From positions 407 to 64,406 of the forward strand of contig JBAYIZ010000006.1 in the NCBI GenBank assembly GCA_041665405.1: DNA of 64,000 nt. Reading direction: 5' to 3'. The stretch's first letter is position 1. Every line of letters starts with the position of its first letter. Under the pieces are notes generated by a model. That model ran no database searches. It was not told where the DNA came from and worked only from the letters and a program-made list of their open reading frames with translations. Made by a program: the position numbers and the translations under genes. The DNA comes from Candidatus Magasanikiibacteriota bacterium (GTDB lineage Bacteria > Patescibacteriota > Patescibacteriia > Magasanikbacterales > GWA2-37-8). This document shows, one piece after another, positions 63,829 to 64,000 of this stretch.

Positions 63829-63857
63829 AGTATATCATATATTTGTATACTTGTCAA
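63829..63857 (-). promoter_or_regulatory. sigma70-type promoter reading into G+C-rich islet 6
   Basis: Minus strand reads TTGACA-17 nt-TATACT. Confidence 0.6.
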
Positions 63858-63920
63858 GGGTTTTTTGGCTAAAACTAGCTAAAAACAAGCATAAATAAGG
63901 ATGACAAAAAAATCATAAAC

Positions 63921-63949
63921 TTGACAAATTTGGCTAATCATAGTATAAT
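63921..63949 (+). promoter_or_regulatory. promoter of TrmB-like paralog 4
   Basis: TTGACA-17 nt-TATAAT, followed by the shared TCATAAATAATATGAtAAT-ATG leader. Confidence 0.6.
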
Positions 63950-63975
63950 AATATTGTCATAAATAATATGATAAT

Positions 63976-64000
63976 ATGTTAGAAAACGAGCTTTTAAAAC
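63976..64000 (+). CDS. start of a fourth TrmB-like paralog (truncated by the window end)
   Basis: ATG TTA GAA AAC GAG CTT TTA AAA gives MLENELLK, compared with MLEQKLEK in paralog 3. The upstream region is homologous. Confidence 0.5.

Noticed and set aside
1-64000. Alternative genetic code (UGA reassignment, as in some CPR-related lineages)
   Set aside because: Well-known proteins (fusA, polA, dnaA, hppA, PBP1A) translate at full length under the standard code. trpS ends at a UGA exactly where the family ends.
1-64000. CRISPR arrays, rRNA genes, prophage, IS elements or integrons
   Set aside because: I saw no regularly spaced direct repeats, no rRNA-like conserved strings, and no transposase, integrase, Cas or phage structural ORFs. 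The islets lack attC-like conserved ends apart from generic hairpins.

Overview
The window is an AT-rich (about 25-40% G+C in sampled lines), gene-dense bacterial chromosome segment. It includes the replication origin neighbourhood (rpmH-rnpA-yidD, dnaA, dnaN) and part of the str operon (rpsL-rpsG-fusA). The gene content looks like a small-genome, CPR/Patescibacteria-type organism: a type IV pilus cluster with many pilins, lamin-tail-domain surface proteins, a DUF5671-like membrane protein, an H+-pyrophosphatase, and few biosynthetic genes. That placement is inference only, since there is no rRNA gene in the window. I support about 60 CDS, 2 tRNAs (Ser-UGA, Cys-GCA), several sigma70-type promoters and intrinsic terminators, and a bipartite oriC candidate.

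Five things are not explained by ordinary annotation:
1. Six short G+C-rich islets (0.3-0.65 kb, about 60-65% G+C). Each carries one small high-GC3 ORF placed directly behind an AT-rich TTGACA-17-TAnAnT promoter. Two of the ORFs encode signal-peptide, beta-barrel-like proteins.
2. A tandem array of paralogous TrmB-like wHTH regulator modules (55.4-64.0 kb). They share promoters and a shared terminator, and each is divergently paired with a different cargo: an rSAM operon, an ABC importer, or a GC-rich ORF.
3. A three-copy family of about 60-nt two-hairpin cores with compensatory changes. Each core is nested in the loop of a copy-specific, terminator-like outer stem. This is a candidate structured RNA.
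4. ATTCCCG-N4-CGGGAAT(GAC) palindromic mini-elements, two of them translated in-frame inside tgt and a UvrD-like helicase.
5. A promoter-to-terminator unit of about 330 nt with no credible ORF, in the slot after fusA, preceded by a 148-bp unit bounded by perfect 24-nt inverted repeats.

I found no CRISPR array, rRNA, transposase, integrase or prophage genes.
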